From positions 46,833 to 110,832 of the forward strand of contig CAXHJY010001532.1 of NCBI GenBank assembly GCA_964016885.1: a DNA stretch of 64,000 nt, given 5' to 3'. Shown here piece by piece: positions 14,813-26,169 of the stretch. This DNA is from Eledone cirrhosa. Its lineage: Eukaryota. Under the pieces are notes generated by a model. That model did not search any database. It was given only the letters and a program-made list of their open reading frames with translations, and was not told the DNA's origin. The position numbers and the translations under genes are program-made. Numbering within the stretch: position 1 is the first letter of the stretch; every line of letters starts with the position of its first letter.

Positions 14813-17800
14813 ACTTGTGCTTTGGTTTTTATAACACTGATTTTCCATCGACTCTAAATATGTTAGTATGATCATATTTTTAATTTTCCTCTTAGTCTCG
14901 TATTGGTGGTGTGAGCTAATAATAATAATAATAATTGTTTCTACTTTTAGCACAAGGCCAGCAATTACCCAGTACATTACTGGTACTTTATTTTATCGAT
15001 CCCGTAAGGATGAAAGGCAAAGTTAACCTCAGCGGGATTTGCACTCAGATTATAAAGGGACGTAACTATGCTGGAAAGAATGGCGCCCGACAATAATAAT
15101 AAGGTTTTTACTTTTAGCAGAAGGCCAGCAATTATCCCAGTTCATTACTGGTAATAACACACATGTACAGTATATATACTTAAGCACCCCCACCCCCCAA
15201 TCCCCAAACTGTAACGGTTTGGCTGTGAGACAGTGATGGTCTAGGGAAGACCTGGTCAGCATAAAGGTTGACATGCACTTGATGTCATTCCAGTTGTGTT
15301 GGAAACCTGCATACTGGGGGATAGTAAGGCCATCAATCCAAACAGTCAGTGTTGACACAAGTTCCTGGTTCACACCAGGTTCTGGTGTCTTATGGCTAAA
15401 GATGACAGAAGACATGTAGGTTGGCAGTACCAGGCCACCAAACTTCATGGGGAGTTTCACTTGATGGTTGTAGTGATAATGGTTATGTTGGTGGTGAAGG
15501 TGGCAGTAATGTTGATAGTTGTATTGGTGATGATGATGATAGTGATAACCATAATGATAATAATTTAGTGAGAACAGTAACATAGCATGATTTAAAATAA
15601 GAAAGGTGTATGTGGAGCTATATAGAATATGTTTATATATTTTAACTAAATGTATGTTTAGTGTACATAAAAGTATTGTATAGGAGTTTACATATGCCTT
15701 TATTTTGGTGATGGCAAGTCTAAATATACTTACTATTAACAAAAAAAATATATAAAGATGAGAAGTAATTCTTAATACTCACTCCTTTCCGCTTTATTGC
15801 AGCATGTAGTAACTCAACAATATTTTTTCCCTCCACTCCTTCACACTTAAATCCTTTAGTCCAAGTGGTAAGAATAGCTTTATCAAGACCTTCTTGACGA
15901 CAAGGAAATGAAAATGTGAAACCCAGAGGTAAATATTGTGTCAACAGCTGCTGCTCTTTCACAAATTTATATATACATTCTGCTATGTGATCAAATAGCT
16001 GGAAAAAAATAATAAAACCCAAGAAAATGAGTATAAAGATAAAGATTTATTCAATATACAACAACAAACATTCGCTAACCTATTTCTAATGAAAGACCAT
16101 GCCTATAATTTTAATTTTGAAAATAATCAAATATTTGGAGGAATTTAGTAATATAACTTTCTCGTTATTAATCCTTTTATGGGGATATTTCTAAGAAATA
16201 CTGCCACTTTACAGAGTGTATTTTTTATCATGTACAAACATAAACACTACAGAATGTACTGGGTGTATTTTATCATGGTACCATCATTAGGGAGGTTGCC
16301 ATATCCTTCACTGAAGAGTCTTTCCTCTCAACTCATTGTTTGGCATGACTTCTACAGATGGATGCCCTTCTTAAGACCAACCATTTACAGAGTTCAGTAG
16401 GTGTATTTTATCATGTCACCAACACTACCACTTTACAGAGTGTACTGGGTGTGTTTCATTATATTATGGTTAATGTGATTTAACTGAATTGTCATCTTTT
16501 AATTGTTTACAATTATCAAACAAAACAAAAAGACAAACGGAGGGTCAATAAAAGCTGCTCCTACTTACTTCGGTTCCAGTCCCAGACATAATTTTCTGAG
16601 GTATCAGAAAAATCTTACTCTCCATGTGTGTGTCCTGCCCGTCAAGTTTGATATGAAGCACACGGAAGTTTGTGCCACCTAGATCAAGAGCTAGGAAGTC
16701 TCCAACCTCTAAAAAATAAAATAAAATTGAAAAATCAAAAAAAATATATAAAACATAAGATATTCTTGAGCACTCATAAAAAAATGTTTACCTCAATATA
16801 CAAATTTTTAAACATTAACTTTTTGATATCAACCCAGCCAATATCAGCCCTGGTTCTATGAAACAAAACAAACCCTTTTAAAGGCTTCCTATTTAACCCC
16901 TTTAATACCCACCCAGCCAAAACCAGATCTGGTTCTATGAAATAAACTGAACCATTTTTAAAGGGTTTTATGTAACCTTTTTTTATATGAATCTGGCCAA
17001 AAGCAGCTCTGGTTCTATGAAACATAACCAACCATTTTAAAGGGATCCTATCTAAATTATTATCTTCCAACTCCAAGGCTTCTATCGACTTTTAGTGCTC
17101 TGCACCTTTTTATGCAGCTGTCATCCTTCATCCGCATCACATGTCCATACTAACGTAACCTCCTCTCCTGCACACAGCATTTGATTCCTCTTATGCTCAG
17201 TCTCTCTCTCTCAATTCGTTTATGCTTTACCATTAGCTTATAATCGTCAATGGGTAGCTCTGGTCAATGGGTAGTAACTAAACTCCTCACATGCTCAATA
17301 CCTTAGTTTTGTTTTGATATTTTAGTTATTTTGAAATTATCGTTTTTACAGATGCTGTATATACCCTGGTTTTAGTATAGGTACACCATATCCCGACAAG
17401 AAGTGACTATGTGTTACCCTAGTTTTAGAATAGGTACACCATGAGGTGACTAATATGTACCTTAGTTTTTAGAACTGAAGCTCCTATCATTAAAACACAC
17501 AAGAAACCTCCTATAAGATAAAACTTCATAGGAAATCAGCTAAGCCAACATAGATGTGAGCTGTAACAATATGATCGGAGTAGGGTTACTATCATTAAAA
17601 TAGCCAAGAAACTTATGAGATATAACCTTGTAGGAAGCCATAGGTGTGAACTGTAACAACACAGTAGGACTGGAGGCTCTATCATTAAAACACAAGAAAA
17701 CCTCCTATAAAATACAACCTGGTAGGAAGCCAACTAAACTTACATAGGTGTGAGCTGTAAATTACATTTCTTTCCATCCCTGGTTTAGTAGGAGTCTACT

Positions 17801-20064
17801 GATAGAATAATCAGAGTTATGTCCCTTTAAACAGTGCAATGGCGGGCAAGAACTAGCGTTATCAACAGATTTATGTCCACTTTCTACACACTGAATTCTA
17901 AAACTAGTTGTTCTGATGTGCTTCCCAATGTCAACCCTTGCTTTTTAAGTAAGGTACTTTGTTCCACTGAAATAATTATGTTTAGAAAATGTAAAACCGT
18001 AAATAACAATAGGCGTGTTTGTGTGTTTTCTGTGTATATCCAGTTTAAAATAGGCACACCATATTGCTGCATGTTGTAAGAGGTATTTTAGCTGTGTCTC
18101 TCCAGTTAAGACATACACATCCCTGTGTGTGTCTGGTTTACAATAGGTACACCACATCCCTGCATGTGAGGCACCAAATTGGCAGAGTTGCTACAACATT
18201 AGATAGAATGCTTTGCAGTCTTTGTCCTATTTCTCTGCACTCCATCATCATCATCATCATCAAGCGGCCTCAGCCGAAATTGACTCAACAATTGATCTCC
18301 ACATGGGTCTGTTGTTCATTGCTGCCGCCAAATCCTGGATTTCAATACCAGAATCTCTGGAGATGAAATGGGGATAGGAGAGCTTGCATCCCCTTTTATT
18401 AATGACTGCTTGTGGTTTCCAAACCACTAATGGGGACACAGCCTTATAGATGGCACGATGGCAGTGGCCAGCAAATCTTACTCTCCTTTTACGTACAACA
18501 GATATGCGTAGGAGGCTGGCATATATCTCTCTCAAAGGCAGATGTTGCCAGCTTATATTCTGAATGCGTCGAAGCAGGCGAGTGCAAGTGCCATCAAGGC
18601 ACTTTTGTTGTTTGGATGAAAGCATCCATGTTTCACTTCCATATAGCAAGATTGGTTGAATTGTTACTTGGAAGTCAGATTTTGGTGTGGTTGGAAAGAT
18701 TTGAGCACCAAACTCGATCCATCTTGTTGCAAGCTGACCATGCTTGGGCCTTTCTGGTGGCAAAATCCTCCTCAGAGTCCATGCATGATCCAGGACCCAA
18801 GATACTTGAAATCCTCGACTTGCTTGATATCACAGCCATTGATTGCTTTGATGCTGTTGCCTGTACAGTTTGATATGTACTCTGTTTTACCCTCATTGAG
18901 ATGAAGGCCAATGAGGGTGGCTGCTTCCTGGAGAGATGTCAAAAGTTGTTGCGCATTTTCTAGGCAATCTGTAAGAAGTGCAATGTCATCCGCAAAGTCA
19001 AGGTCAGTGAGATGTTTCGAGGGGTGCCTAAGAGCTTATGCGGGGTTTGATGGTTATACCTTTGTTATTGATTTTGTCAATTGAGAGTCTAAGGGCGTAA
19101 TCTAATGCAATGATAAAAAGGAATGGGGCAAGAGTGTCACCCTGCAGCACTCCTGCTGAAATGTCAAAGAACTCTAGCGGAATTTTATTTTAAGTGGTAG
19201 CATTCCTGTGACAGTTAATTTTCTTTAAACATTAAAAAACATTATACATGACAAAAAAAGTACATTACTAGAAAACCCATGTTATAAAATAAATAGGGTG
19301 GGTTGGGGTCTCAATATGTAAACTAAACGACTAATTCTGGTTTTTAAAATAAAGCAACTGAGGCAACCTAGAAAAATTACTGATTTTCCACCTCCCTTCC
19401 AATTATTTGGGACCCAAGGGTAGCACTAGGAAGGGCAAGCAGTTGCAAAACATTGGAAGGATCTCAGGGTGAGAACAAAGTTTATTTAGAAGGAAGTGTA
19501 TATGATGTAGGTGTGTGTGCAGTAGTCTGTATGTGGGTGGGTATGTAAGCAAGTGCATGTACATGTCTGTGTGCAGGTACACATTAACCCATGACCTGAC
19601 CCCTAGACTTTTAAATATTTTAGACCCTCTTTGGCACTTCAATTTTTCACCTTACAACTACAACTACAACAATGACAACATAAAACTGACAAGCCCCAAA
19701 CCTTCAGCCTAGTAAACCTTATGAATATGTCTCCTTTGTGTGTATGCATGAGAGATAACACTGCAATGTTTAGAGAGATAAATTACGGTATATACTCGTA
19801 TATAAACAGGGTTTGGATTTTTGCCCATTTCTCAAATGTAAAATAGGGAGTGAGGTTGACTTATATTCGAGTATATACGGTAATTAAAATTGCAATCTTA
19901 CCTGTTCCTTTTGGTGTTGACCGTACATATGTAGGGAACATTTTTATAGAGGCAGTTGCATTTGTTTTTGCACTCAAACCTTCCTTAAACTTTTTTATCA
20001 TTAGGTGCATTATGTCCCTGTAGTCCATGTCAGTCAGCTTGAAAGGCCGGACTATATTTTCAAT
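1785..20064 (-). CDS. HK: Hexokinase, single-domain ~50 kDa type; 10 coding exons, first coding exon not located
   Basis: Exons of 163+140+216+100+80+113+156+140+134+120 = 1362 nt join in one open frame with GT-AG junctions. Family motifs present: [40 protein letters not shown] (catalytic Asp), [39 protein letters not shown]. Confidence 0.96.
2254..2387 (-). CDS. HK: Hexokinase exon, 134 nt (GTAALIHKM...[12 protein letters not shown]...CPLTR)
   Basis: Acceptor CATTTTAG, donor AGA|GTAAGT. Confidence 0.93.
2790..3010 (+). mobile_element. tRNA-derived SINE, family S1 (Deu/Nin-like core)
   Basis: Core GCCTCTCATCCTTACGGGGTTGATAAAATAAAGCACCAG; matches many other copies in the window. Confidence 0.75.
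3479..3618 (-). CDS. HK: Hexokinase exon, 140 nt (DIDDSF...[15 protein letters not shown])
   Basis: Acceptor CCTTTTGCAG, donor CAG|GTAAAC. Confidence 0.93.
3700..4200 (+). mobile_element. CR1-type LINE 3' fragment with an internal 61-bp tandem duplication (4003-4128)
   Basis: [24 protein letters not shown] and [14 protein letters not shown], typical CR1 ORF2 C-terminus; frameshifted. Confidence 0.8.
4249..4440 (+). mobile_element. tRNA-derived SINE, family S1
   Basis: A-box TGGCAGTATTGG, B-box GAGTTCAAATCC, core GCCTTTCATCCTTACAGGGTCGATAAAATAAAGTACCAG. Confidence 0.85.
5067..5222 (-). CDS. HK: Hexokinase exon, 156 nt ([16 protein letters not shown]...YVSEIE)
   Basis: Acceptor CTTTACAG, donor AAG|GTGAAT; phase 2 in, phase 2 out. 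Confidence 0.94.
5290..5985 (-). mobile_element. Degenerate mariner-type transposase relic
   Basis: [30 protein letters not shown] resembles a mariner HTH region; many stops. Confidence 0.55.
6500..7060 (+). mobile_element. Degenerate mariner-type transposase N-terminal relic
   Basis: [13 protein letters not shown] followed by a decayed HTH-like stretch. Confidence 0.45.
8365..8477 (-). CDS. HK: Hexokinase exon, 113 nt ([14 protein letters not shown]...SINPGKQ)
   Basis: Acceptor TCTCTTAG, donor AAG|GTTTGT. Confidence 0.93.
9013..9358 (-). mobile_element. tRNA-derived SINE, family S2, with RTE-type 3' tail
   Basis: Head GGAGGCACATGGCTTAGTGGTTAGAGC...GAGTTCAATTC; tail CCCGTCCCACCCTTGCAAGCAGGGAAAAGCGGACGT followed by (ATG)n. 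Confidence 0.85.
10815..10894 (-). CDS. HK: Hexokinase exon, 80 nt ([27 protein letters not shown])
   Basis: Acceptor TTTCAG, donor CAA|GTGAGT; phosphate-2 motif. Confidence 0.94.
11000..11420. repeat. Minisatellite, ~48-bp unit, ~8-9 copies
   Basis: GACTGGGTGTATTTTATCATGACACCAGCACTACCACTTTACAGAGTG recurs at about 11062, 11110, 11159, 11204, 11252, 11302 and 11350. Confidence 0.85.
11534..11633 (-). CDS. HK: Hexokinase exon, 100 nt ([22 protein letters not shown]...IGIIL)
   Basis: Acceptor TTTTAAG, donor G|GTAAGT; NDT catalytic motif. Confidence 0.95.
11752..11940 (-). mobile_element. SINE family S1
   Basis: Reverse copy of the S1 core and B-box, (AAT)n tail. Confidence 0.75.
12385..12665 (-). 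mobile_element. SINE-like family S3 (other copies ~36640-36820, 37025-37240, 39960-40270)
   Basis: Shared AAGTGGCTGAGCATTC..ACA..TG.ACC block in four places. Confidence 0.65.
12680..12860 (-). mobile_element. SINE family S1
   Basis: Full reverse copy; flanking direct repeat AACTCTTTGAAATAAT is a probable TSD. Confidence 0.85.
12980..13190. mobile_element. piggyBac-type MITE, family P2 (other copies ~7340-7521, ~29154-29370)
   Basis: TTAA on both sides and 14-bp TIR CCCTTTAGCATTTA / TAAATGCTAAAGGG. Confidence 0.85.
14100..15470 (-). mobile_element. CRE-like non-LTR retrotransposon relic with restriction-like endonuclease, interrupted by a SINE and microsatellites
   Basis: Minus strand gives [11 protein letters not shown] (~15460), a zinc-finger remnant [32 protein letters not shown] (~14600-14690), and RLE-like [22 protein letters not shown] and [10 protein letters not shown]. 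Confidence 0.7.
14934..15090 (-). mobile_element. SINE family S1
   Basis: Reverse S1 core, (AAT)n tail. Confidence 0.8.
15783..15998 (-). CDS. HK: Hexokinase exon, 216 nt (LFDHIAEC...PLGFTFSFP...WTKGF...IKRKG)
   Basis: Acceptor TTTTTCCAG, donor GGA|GTGAGT; hexokinase sugar-binding signature. Confidence 0.95.
16569..16708 (-). CDS. HK: Hexokinase exon, 140 nt ([18 protein letters not shown]...GTGTE)
   Basis: Acceptor TTTTTAG, donor GAA|GTAAGT; phosphate-1 ATP-binding motif; absent from the ORF track. Confidence 0.95.
18244..19175 (-). mobile_element. 5'-truncated, degenerate RTE-clade LINE
   Basis: RT motifs [13 protein letters not shown] and [10 protein letters not shown], then LLYGSETW and RFAGHC; (ATG)n tail at ~18244-18260. 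Confidence 0.85.
19902..20064 (-). CDS. HK: Hexokinase exon, 163 nt (IENIVRPF...[14 protein letters not shown])
   Basis: Acceptor TTTTTTCAG, donor ACAG|GTAAG; phase 0 in, phase 1 out. Confidence 0.93.
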
Positions 20065-20228
20065 CTGAAAAAAATTGAACAAATAAAAAATATTTCTTTA
20101 AGAAAAATTCTTTAAAAAATATATTTGAGATATTCTTTATTTTCAAATTTATTCTTTTATTAGTTTCAATCATTTCGGTCATTACCCAAGGTTCATGACA
20201 AATACCAAAACCTGTGTACATGTACATA

Positions 20229-20268
<40 letters not shown>

Positions 20269-20689
20269 TATTTATTTTATTGTAATTTTGATGAGACCAA
20301 TTTTGAAATGGCTCCTCCACATCGTCGTCTTGATAGCAAAATAACTGAAATCACCCTTGGTTCTATGATACAAAACTGTTTTTGTGTTAAAGTGTTTATA
20401 TTTATCTAAAAAAACCTGCCATCATAATTTTATGTAAGAAAATTTGTTAAGATATGTTCCAAACTCCAGCTTAATAATGAGAAAGTTAGCTTATATTATT
20501 AAATCACACCATTTTCTTGGCTATTTTCAAAATTATTTGAAAACCATAGGCAATGTCTTTCATTAGAACCAACTCATGTGAATGGAAGCATAAAAACTTG
20601 TCTGTAGTGACCAATAGTTACAGCAAGTTTTCCATCATGAGAAAATCTGGCATTATTTCCCATAATATATTCTCTGATGATCAGTGATA

Positions 20690-21215
20690 AAATAACATGG
20701 CATCATCACCATCACTATCATCAATTTCCCTTCTACTCTTCGGTGCAGCATCTCTCCACCTGATTCTTTCTTTTGTGAGGTATAGTTTCTTGAGGTCAGC
20801 TTTCATCACCTCTGCTCATGTCTTTCTTGGTTTTCCTCATCCACATCTTCTTTCCACTCAGAACTACTACCTAACAATCATCATTCATACACATTACATG
20901 TCTGTACCATTGCAACCTCCTCTCCTATACATTACATCTTATGCTCAGGCCTTCCTCTTCTGTATCATCATTCCACCTGAAATTTTTGGCACTGCAATCA
21001 ATAATCATCCTCATCATCATCATCTATCACATGTCTGTACCAGCACAACCTCCTCTCCTATACACTGCATCTTATTCCTCTAAACCCAAGTCTTCCTCTT
21101 CTGTAGTATCATCCTTCCACTTGAAACTTTTGGCACTTCAACCAATAATCATCCACAAACATTACATGACCAGCACAACCTCCTTTCCTATATACTGTAT
21201 GTTATTCCTCTTATG
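20690..21215 (-). repeat. RTE 3' relic with a ~120-130-bp segment triplicated in tandem
   Basis: CAACCTCCTCTCCTATAC block recurs at about 20912, 21046 and 21176. Confidence 0.6.
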
Positions 21216-22394
21216 CTCAGGTTTAAAAACAAAATTTAAAAAAATGATGAAAGCCTTCCCCAGTAATATAACAAGTGTTTCATAACTTTTCTTTCTGTTA
21301 TGGATTTCAAAACATCACATCATCATTGTACCAAAAGTCAATTTGGTTTCTTGAAAGGGTTAGACAATCAGTTAACCCTTACTAAAGTTCACATATCTGG
21401 CTACTCAGAGCCACATATACCTGTGTAATACATCCAGTAACCATAGATGTGTGCATGCATACACACAAAATAAAAACTGTCACCAAAACACAACCGGACT
21501 GATATTGGTTTGGAACCACAAATTAAAAACATGCTTTGATATAGAAGTCAGCTGCCCACTCAATGTAAGTATAAAATATAAGAGAAAGATGGTATCTATG
21601 GACCATTGATTAAACATTTGTAGATACATGTTCAGTTTCATACCTATTATTATTATTGGAGCTACCAACCTGCCTGAACCTAAATATAACTGAGCTTGGA
21701 TTTGTGGAGAAAGAATGCAGCCCCTTAATTTATAAGCTACAAATGGCCATGGTATCTGGAACTTTCAAAATCTGTAAAACTCTTTTACAATTCAAAGGAT
21801 GAACAATTGCACAAGGGATAATTAAAATTTCCTTTTCTTTACTACTGGAAAGGTGACTGGTAAAAAATAAACTCAAAATTAAAAGAAAAACATACTTGCG
21901 CGTGCACACACACACACACACTACAAAAATTAAAAGAAAAACATACGCGCGTACACACACTTCAAAAGTGAAATTAAATTTACAGCTCACACCTATGAAA
22001 ATTAAGGTGGCATCCCTTATGACATATCTAATAGGTTTCTTAGGTATTTTAATGACAGGGTTCCAGTCCAGGAAATAAACCCACAACCTTATTAACCATG
22101 AGTGCAACAGCCTAACCACTGGGTCACCTTCACACACACTCCCACACACACAATAATGGGAGACTATAACGTAGTATTGGAATTCACCAAATGTGAAAGT
22201 TTCACAGATATAACTTATCAACCCTCTTTACATGTTTTGTTGAGAAGGAAATACAAGGCTTGGCAATATGGCATACATTCACAGGAAACACATTCTCCCT
22301 TTGTGAGTCACACTTAACATAATCAGTCATCTACAACATTGCTCAATATCACAGGTAAAGCGAAGTTCACAATCAATTGAAATGAGAAATTAAA

Positions 22395-22760
22395 TTTACA
22401 GTTTACACCCATTTAGGATTAGCTGGCCCCTTACAAGGTTGTATCTCATAGGTTTCTTGTGTGTTTTAATGATAGAGTTCCCAGTCCTTTCATGTTGATA
22501 CAGTTCACACCTATGTAGGTTTAGCTGGCCTCTCACATGGTTGTATCTAATAGGAAGTTTCTTGTGTGTTTTAATGATAGGACGCCCCAGCCCTTTCATG
22601 TTGTTACAGTTCACACCTAAGTAGATTTAGCTAGTCTCTTACAAGGTTGTATCTCATGAGTTTCTTGGGTGCTTTAATGATATAGACGCTAGTCTTATGT
22701 TACAGCACACACTGGATGTTTTTTAGGTGTTTTAATGATAAGGGACCAGTCCTATCATTA
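22395..22760. repeat. ~100-105-bp tandem unit, 3+ copies, SINE-associated; dispersed at ~9990-10230, 17480-17760, 21980-22070, 26040, 34425
   Basis: ACAGTTCACACCTATGTAGGTTTAGCTGG...TTTAATGATAG recurs at about 22398, 22500, 22606 and 22701. Confidence 0.75.
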
Positions 22761-23665
22761 AAAGTAACCTGAAATGAAATGTCTTGCTCAAGAACATAAT
22801 GTGCCATCCAGTCCAAGAATTGGACCCATGACCTCAATGCCTTAGGTAAAGGAGATCTCACAAACATATTCAATCATTTGCAGCAGTCTAAAGAACCAAT
22901 TTAAACTAAGTACATAATGTATTACTTGATCTAGGAATTGAGCCCACAACCTTATCACTGTGAGACCAACACCCTAACCACTAGGCTATGTACCTTCACT
23001 GGCAGCAAAAATTTCATCTATAAATTAAATGAACCCTTTTAATACCAACCTACCTAAAATCGTCCTTGGTTCTACAATACAATGCCGATTATTTCAGTGT
23101 TTATATCAATCTTCCATGGTAATTTTATGTAAGAACTTTTGTTAAGATTTTCCAAAACAAACTTAAGAATGAGAATCCCTCTAAATTCTTGATTATTTGA
23201 AACCATCCACAGTTTCTTTCCTTAGAAATATGGTAACGAAAGGGTTGTTATGGATAGCTATCCATAGTTAATGTTATCAAGACGATAGAATAAATATTCC
23301 TGATGGAATTCATATTGTAAGTGGTAATCATGACAATTAAAAGCTTTGCAATTGTAAATATGTACGACAAAGGTAGCGGCAGTGTTAATAATAGACTAAA
23401 TAATAACAGTAATTATAGAGGCTTATAATTAAAGATTTTAATTAAAAACAGGAAGTGTCATTTGAAAAGCTTGGGGAAAATACATAATGGATACTTCCTA
23501 GAATTACAGTTTGTCTAATTGCTCCCCCTGTCTCTCATACATATGTTCCTCCTGCTCTTCACACACAGACATAGACACACGCTTTTCAAGATCCGTTACA
23601 TCCTGAGATTCAGTTTGGTAAGAAAATGTAACTAATTTCACTTCCAACTGAACTGTGAACTTTAA

Positions 23666-23890
23666 CTCTTTCGTTACCATATGACACTGCCTAGGATTTT
23701 GAAATAATTTGGAAAATAATCAAGAATTTAGATAGACTTAGTAAAAATAACTTTCTCATTATTAAGCTTGTTTGGGACATAACTTAACAATGGCTCTAAC
23801 GTAAAATTATGATGAAAGGTTTTAGATAAATATAAACAGCTTTGTATATAAGAATAAGGGGTGATTTCAAGCTGTTTGATATCAAAAGGG
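23666..23890. mobile_element. piggyBac-type MITE, family P1 (more than 10 copies or fragments between 1.9 and 30.5 kb)
   Basis: TTAA|CTCTTTCGTTACCA ... GATATCAAAAGGG|TTAA; the CCCTTTCGTTACCATATTTCTAATGAAA end recurs at ~1970, 2455, 3260, 4660-4780, 9660, 10400, 28875 and reversed at ~20560, 23240, 25040, 25420. Confidence 0.75.
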
Positions 23891-25430
23891 TTAAGATGGT
23901 GTTTGGAACAATCCATTTGATACCAAACTACCTGATTTATGTAAAACCATTTAAACTGGTGTTGAAAGCATTACTTAAATATTCTTATCTAAAATTATGA
24001 TGGATTGGGTTTAGATAAATATAAACATTTAAGAATACAGCTTTGTGTCATAGAAGCAGTTTCAAGTAGTTTTCTAACAAATGAGCCAAATATGGTTGGG
24101 TCACATGTTAAGAAAGTATGAAAGTAGAAGGAAATAGAGGAAAAGGGAAGACCAAGAATGACAGCTAAAAATGATGGTGGAGAAATGAAAGCCAGAGGGT
24201 TGGTGAGGAGAAATACAGACAATGGGAGATATCAGAGAAGTTTATCATGAGACCCAGGAAGGCTATCTTGCTTTAGTAGGGTAAAAAACGTTTGAAAACA
24301 GCTGTTGGTGTTTAAGAATACTGTTTATAGTGGTAATGATATAGAGAATGTATTTCAATCAACTGATACCTATTTCAGTGACAGGAATGGAGTCATTGTT
24401 GTGGTTATGATGTCAGTTAAGCTGACTGACTCTAAAACAGAGCTCAAACTATTAATATCAATTTGTATATATAGATTCTTTTGAAAATTATTGTCATAAC
24501 AATTTTTATTTTTTTAATGTAAATTCCTAAAGAAAACTTAGTTTCTCTTTATTTTATATTTTATTGTGTAAAATTTAAAAACAAAACAACCATTTTCAAA
24601 GATCAACTCTTTCGAAACTAAACTGCCCGAAACTGCACCTGGTTCTACGATACAAAACTGCTTATTCTAATCATCATCACCATCATCATTTTACGTCTGC
24701 TTTTCCCTGCTTGCAAGGGTGGGTGGGTCCTATTCAGCACAGCTTCTCTTCATTCGTCACGGTCCTTCGTCATCTGTGAGCTTCAGCGATCCAAGGTCAG
24801 CTCTCACCACCTCCACCGATGATTTTCGTGGTCTTCCTCTACTGCATCTTCCTTCTAATATGTTTATATTTACCTAAAAACCTTTCCTTAAATTTCTATG
24901 TAAGAACCTTGATTAAGTTATATTCTAAACACCAGCTAAATAATGACAAAGTTAGTTATATTAAAAAAATCCCTGCCCTGCAAATCTTTTAATATTTTCA
25001 AAATTATTTAAAAATCATAGCAGTGTCTTTCTTTAGAAATATGGTAACCTTTGATCATTTAAGAAACTTTAAGATGTTCCAACTTAATAAGTGTTTCTAC
25101 TTTTGGCACAAGGCCAGCATTTTGAAGGGAAGGAGAAAGTCGATTAAATCAACCCGTGCATCACTGGCACTTTATTTTATCAACCCTGTAAGGATGAAAG
25201 GCAGAGCTAAACTCAGCAGGATTTGAACTCAGAATGTAAAGGGCCGTAACTATATGCTGCAAAACATGTCTGACACTCTTGCCAATACTGCCAATCCACT
25301 GCCCTACACCACCTTAATAATAGAAAGAAATTTTACTAAATTCTTTCTAATTATTTATATTATTTTCAAAATTAATTGAAGCACACTGGCAGTGTCTTTC
25401 ATAAGAAAAATGGTAATGAAAGGGTTAATA

Positions 25431-25840
25431 TAGGCACAGATATGTCTGTGGTTAAGGGATTCACTTTCCAACCATGTAGTTTCAATTTCAGTCCCACTAT
25501 ATGGCACCTTGGGAAAATGTCCTCTACTGTAACCTTAGGTTAACCAATGCCTTGAGAGTGAAATTTGGTAGATAGAAATTGTGTGGAAACCCAACGCACA
25601 CAATCATGTTTTATATCTGTTTTTCCATACCAGCAAGGGTTGGACATATGTATATATGTGTGTCAATGTCTATATTTATGTTTACTCTTTGTTAATGTCC
25701 CATTACATAGCAGTCAGACAAAATATATACCAGACATGAAAAATAAAAGTAAGTACTGAGGCCGATATGGGTGACTAAAATCCCTTCAAGGCTGTGCCCC
25801 AGCATGTCCATAGTCTAATGACTGAAACCAGTAAGAGAAT
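25431..25840 (+). mobile_element. SINE family S4 (other copies ~36025-36355; fragments ~790-850, 37620-37730)
   Basis: Shared CCTTGGG.AATGTC.TCTACT.TA.CC...CCAATGCCTTGAGAGTGAAATTT block and tail. Confidence 0.7.
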
Positions 25841-26095
25841 ACAGAAATTAAAACAAAAATGAATAGCATAATATAAATATATTTGACTAAAAAAAAAATA
25901 CACAGGTAGTCCCTGACTAACAACCAGTTCCGTTCCAATCAACCTATCGATATGGACCTAACTTGAAGACTTATACATATGATCTGGGCAGATTAGTGGG
26001 GTATTGGTATTATATATGTATTGATCATATTATTATTGTTGCAACTCACACCTATGTAGGTTTAGCGAGCGCCGTATAAGGTTCCATCACATAAG

Positions 26096-26138
<43 letters not shown>

Positions 26139-26169
26139 CGCGTGCGTGCGTGCGTGTGTGTGTGTTCAG

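Noticed and set aside
15050-15742. 230-aa His-rich ORF
   Set aside because: A chance fusion of intron, (CAT)n microsatellite and CRE relic sequence.
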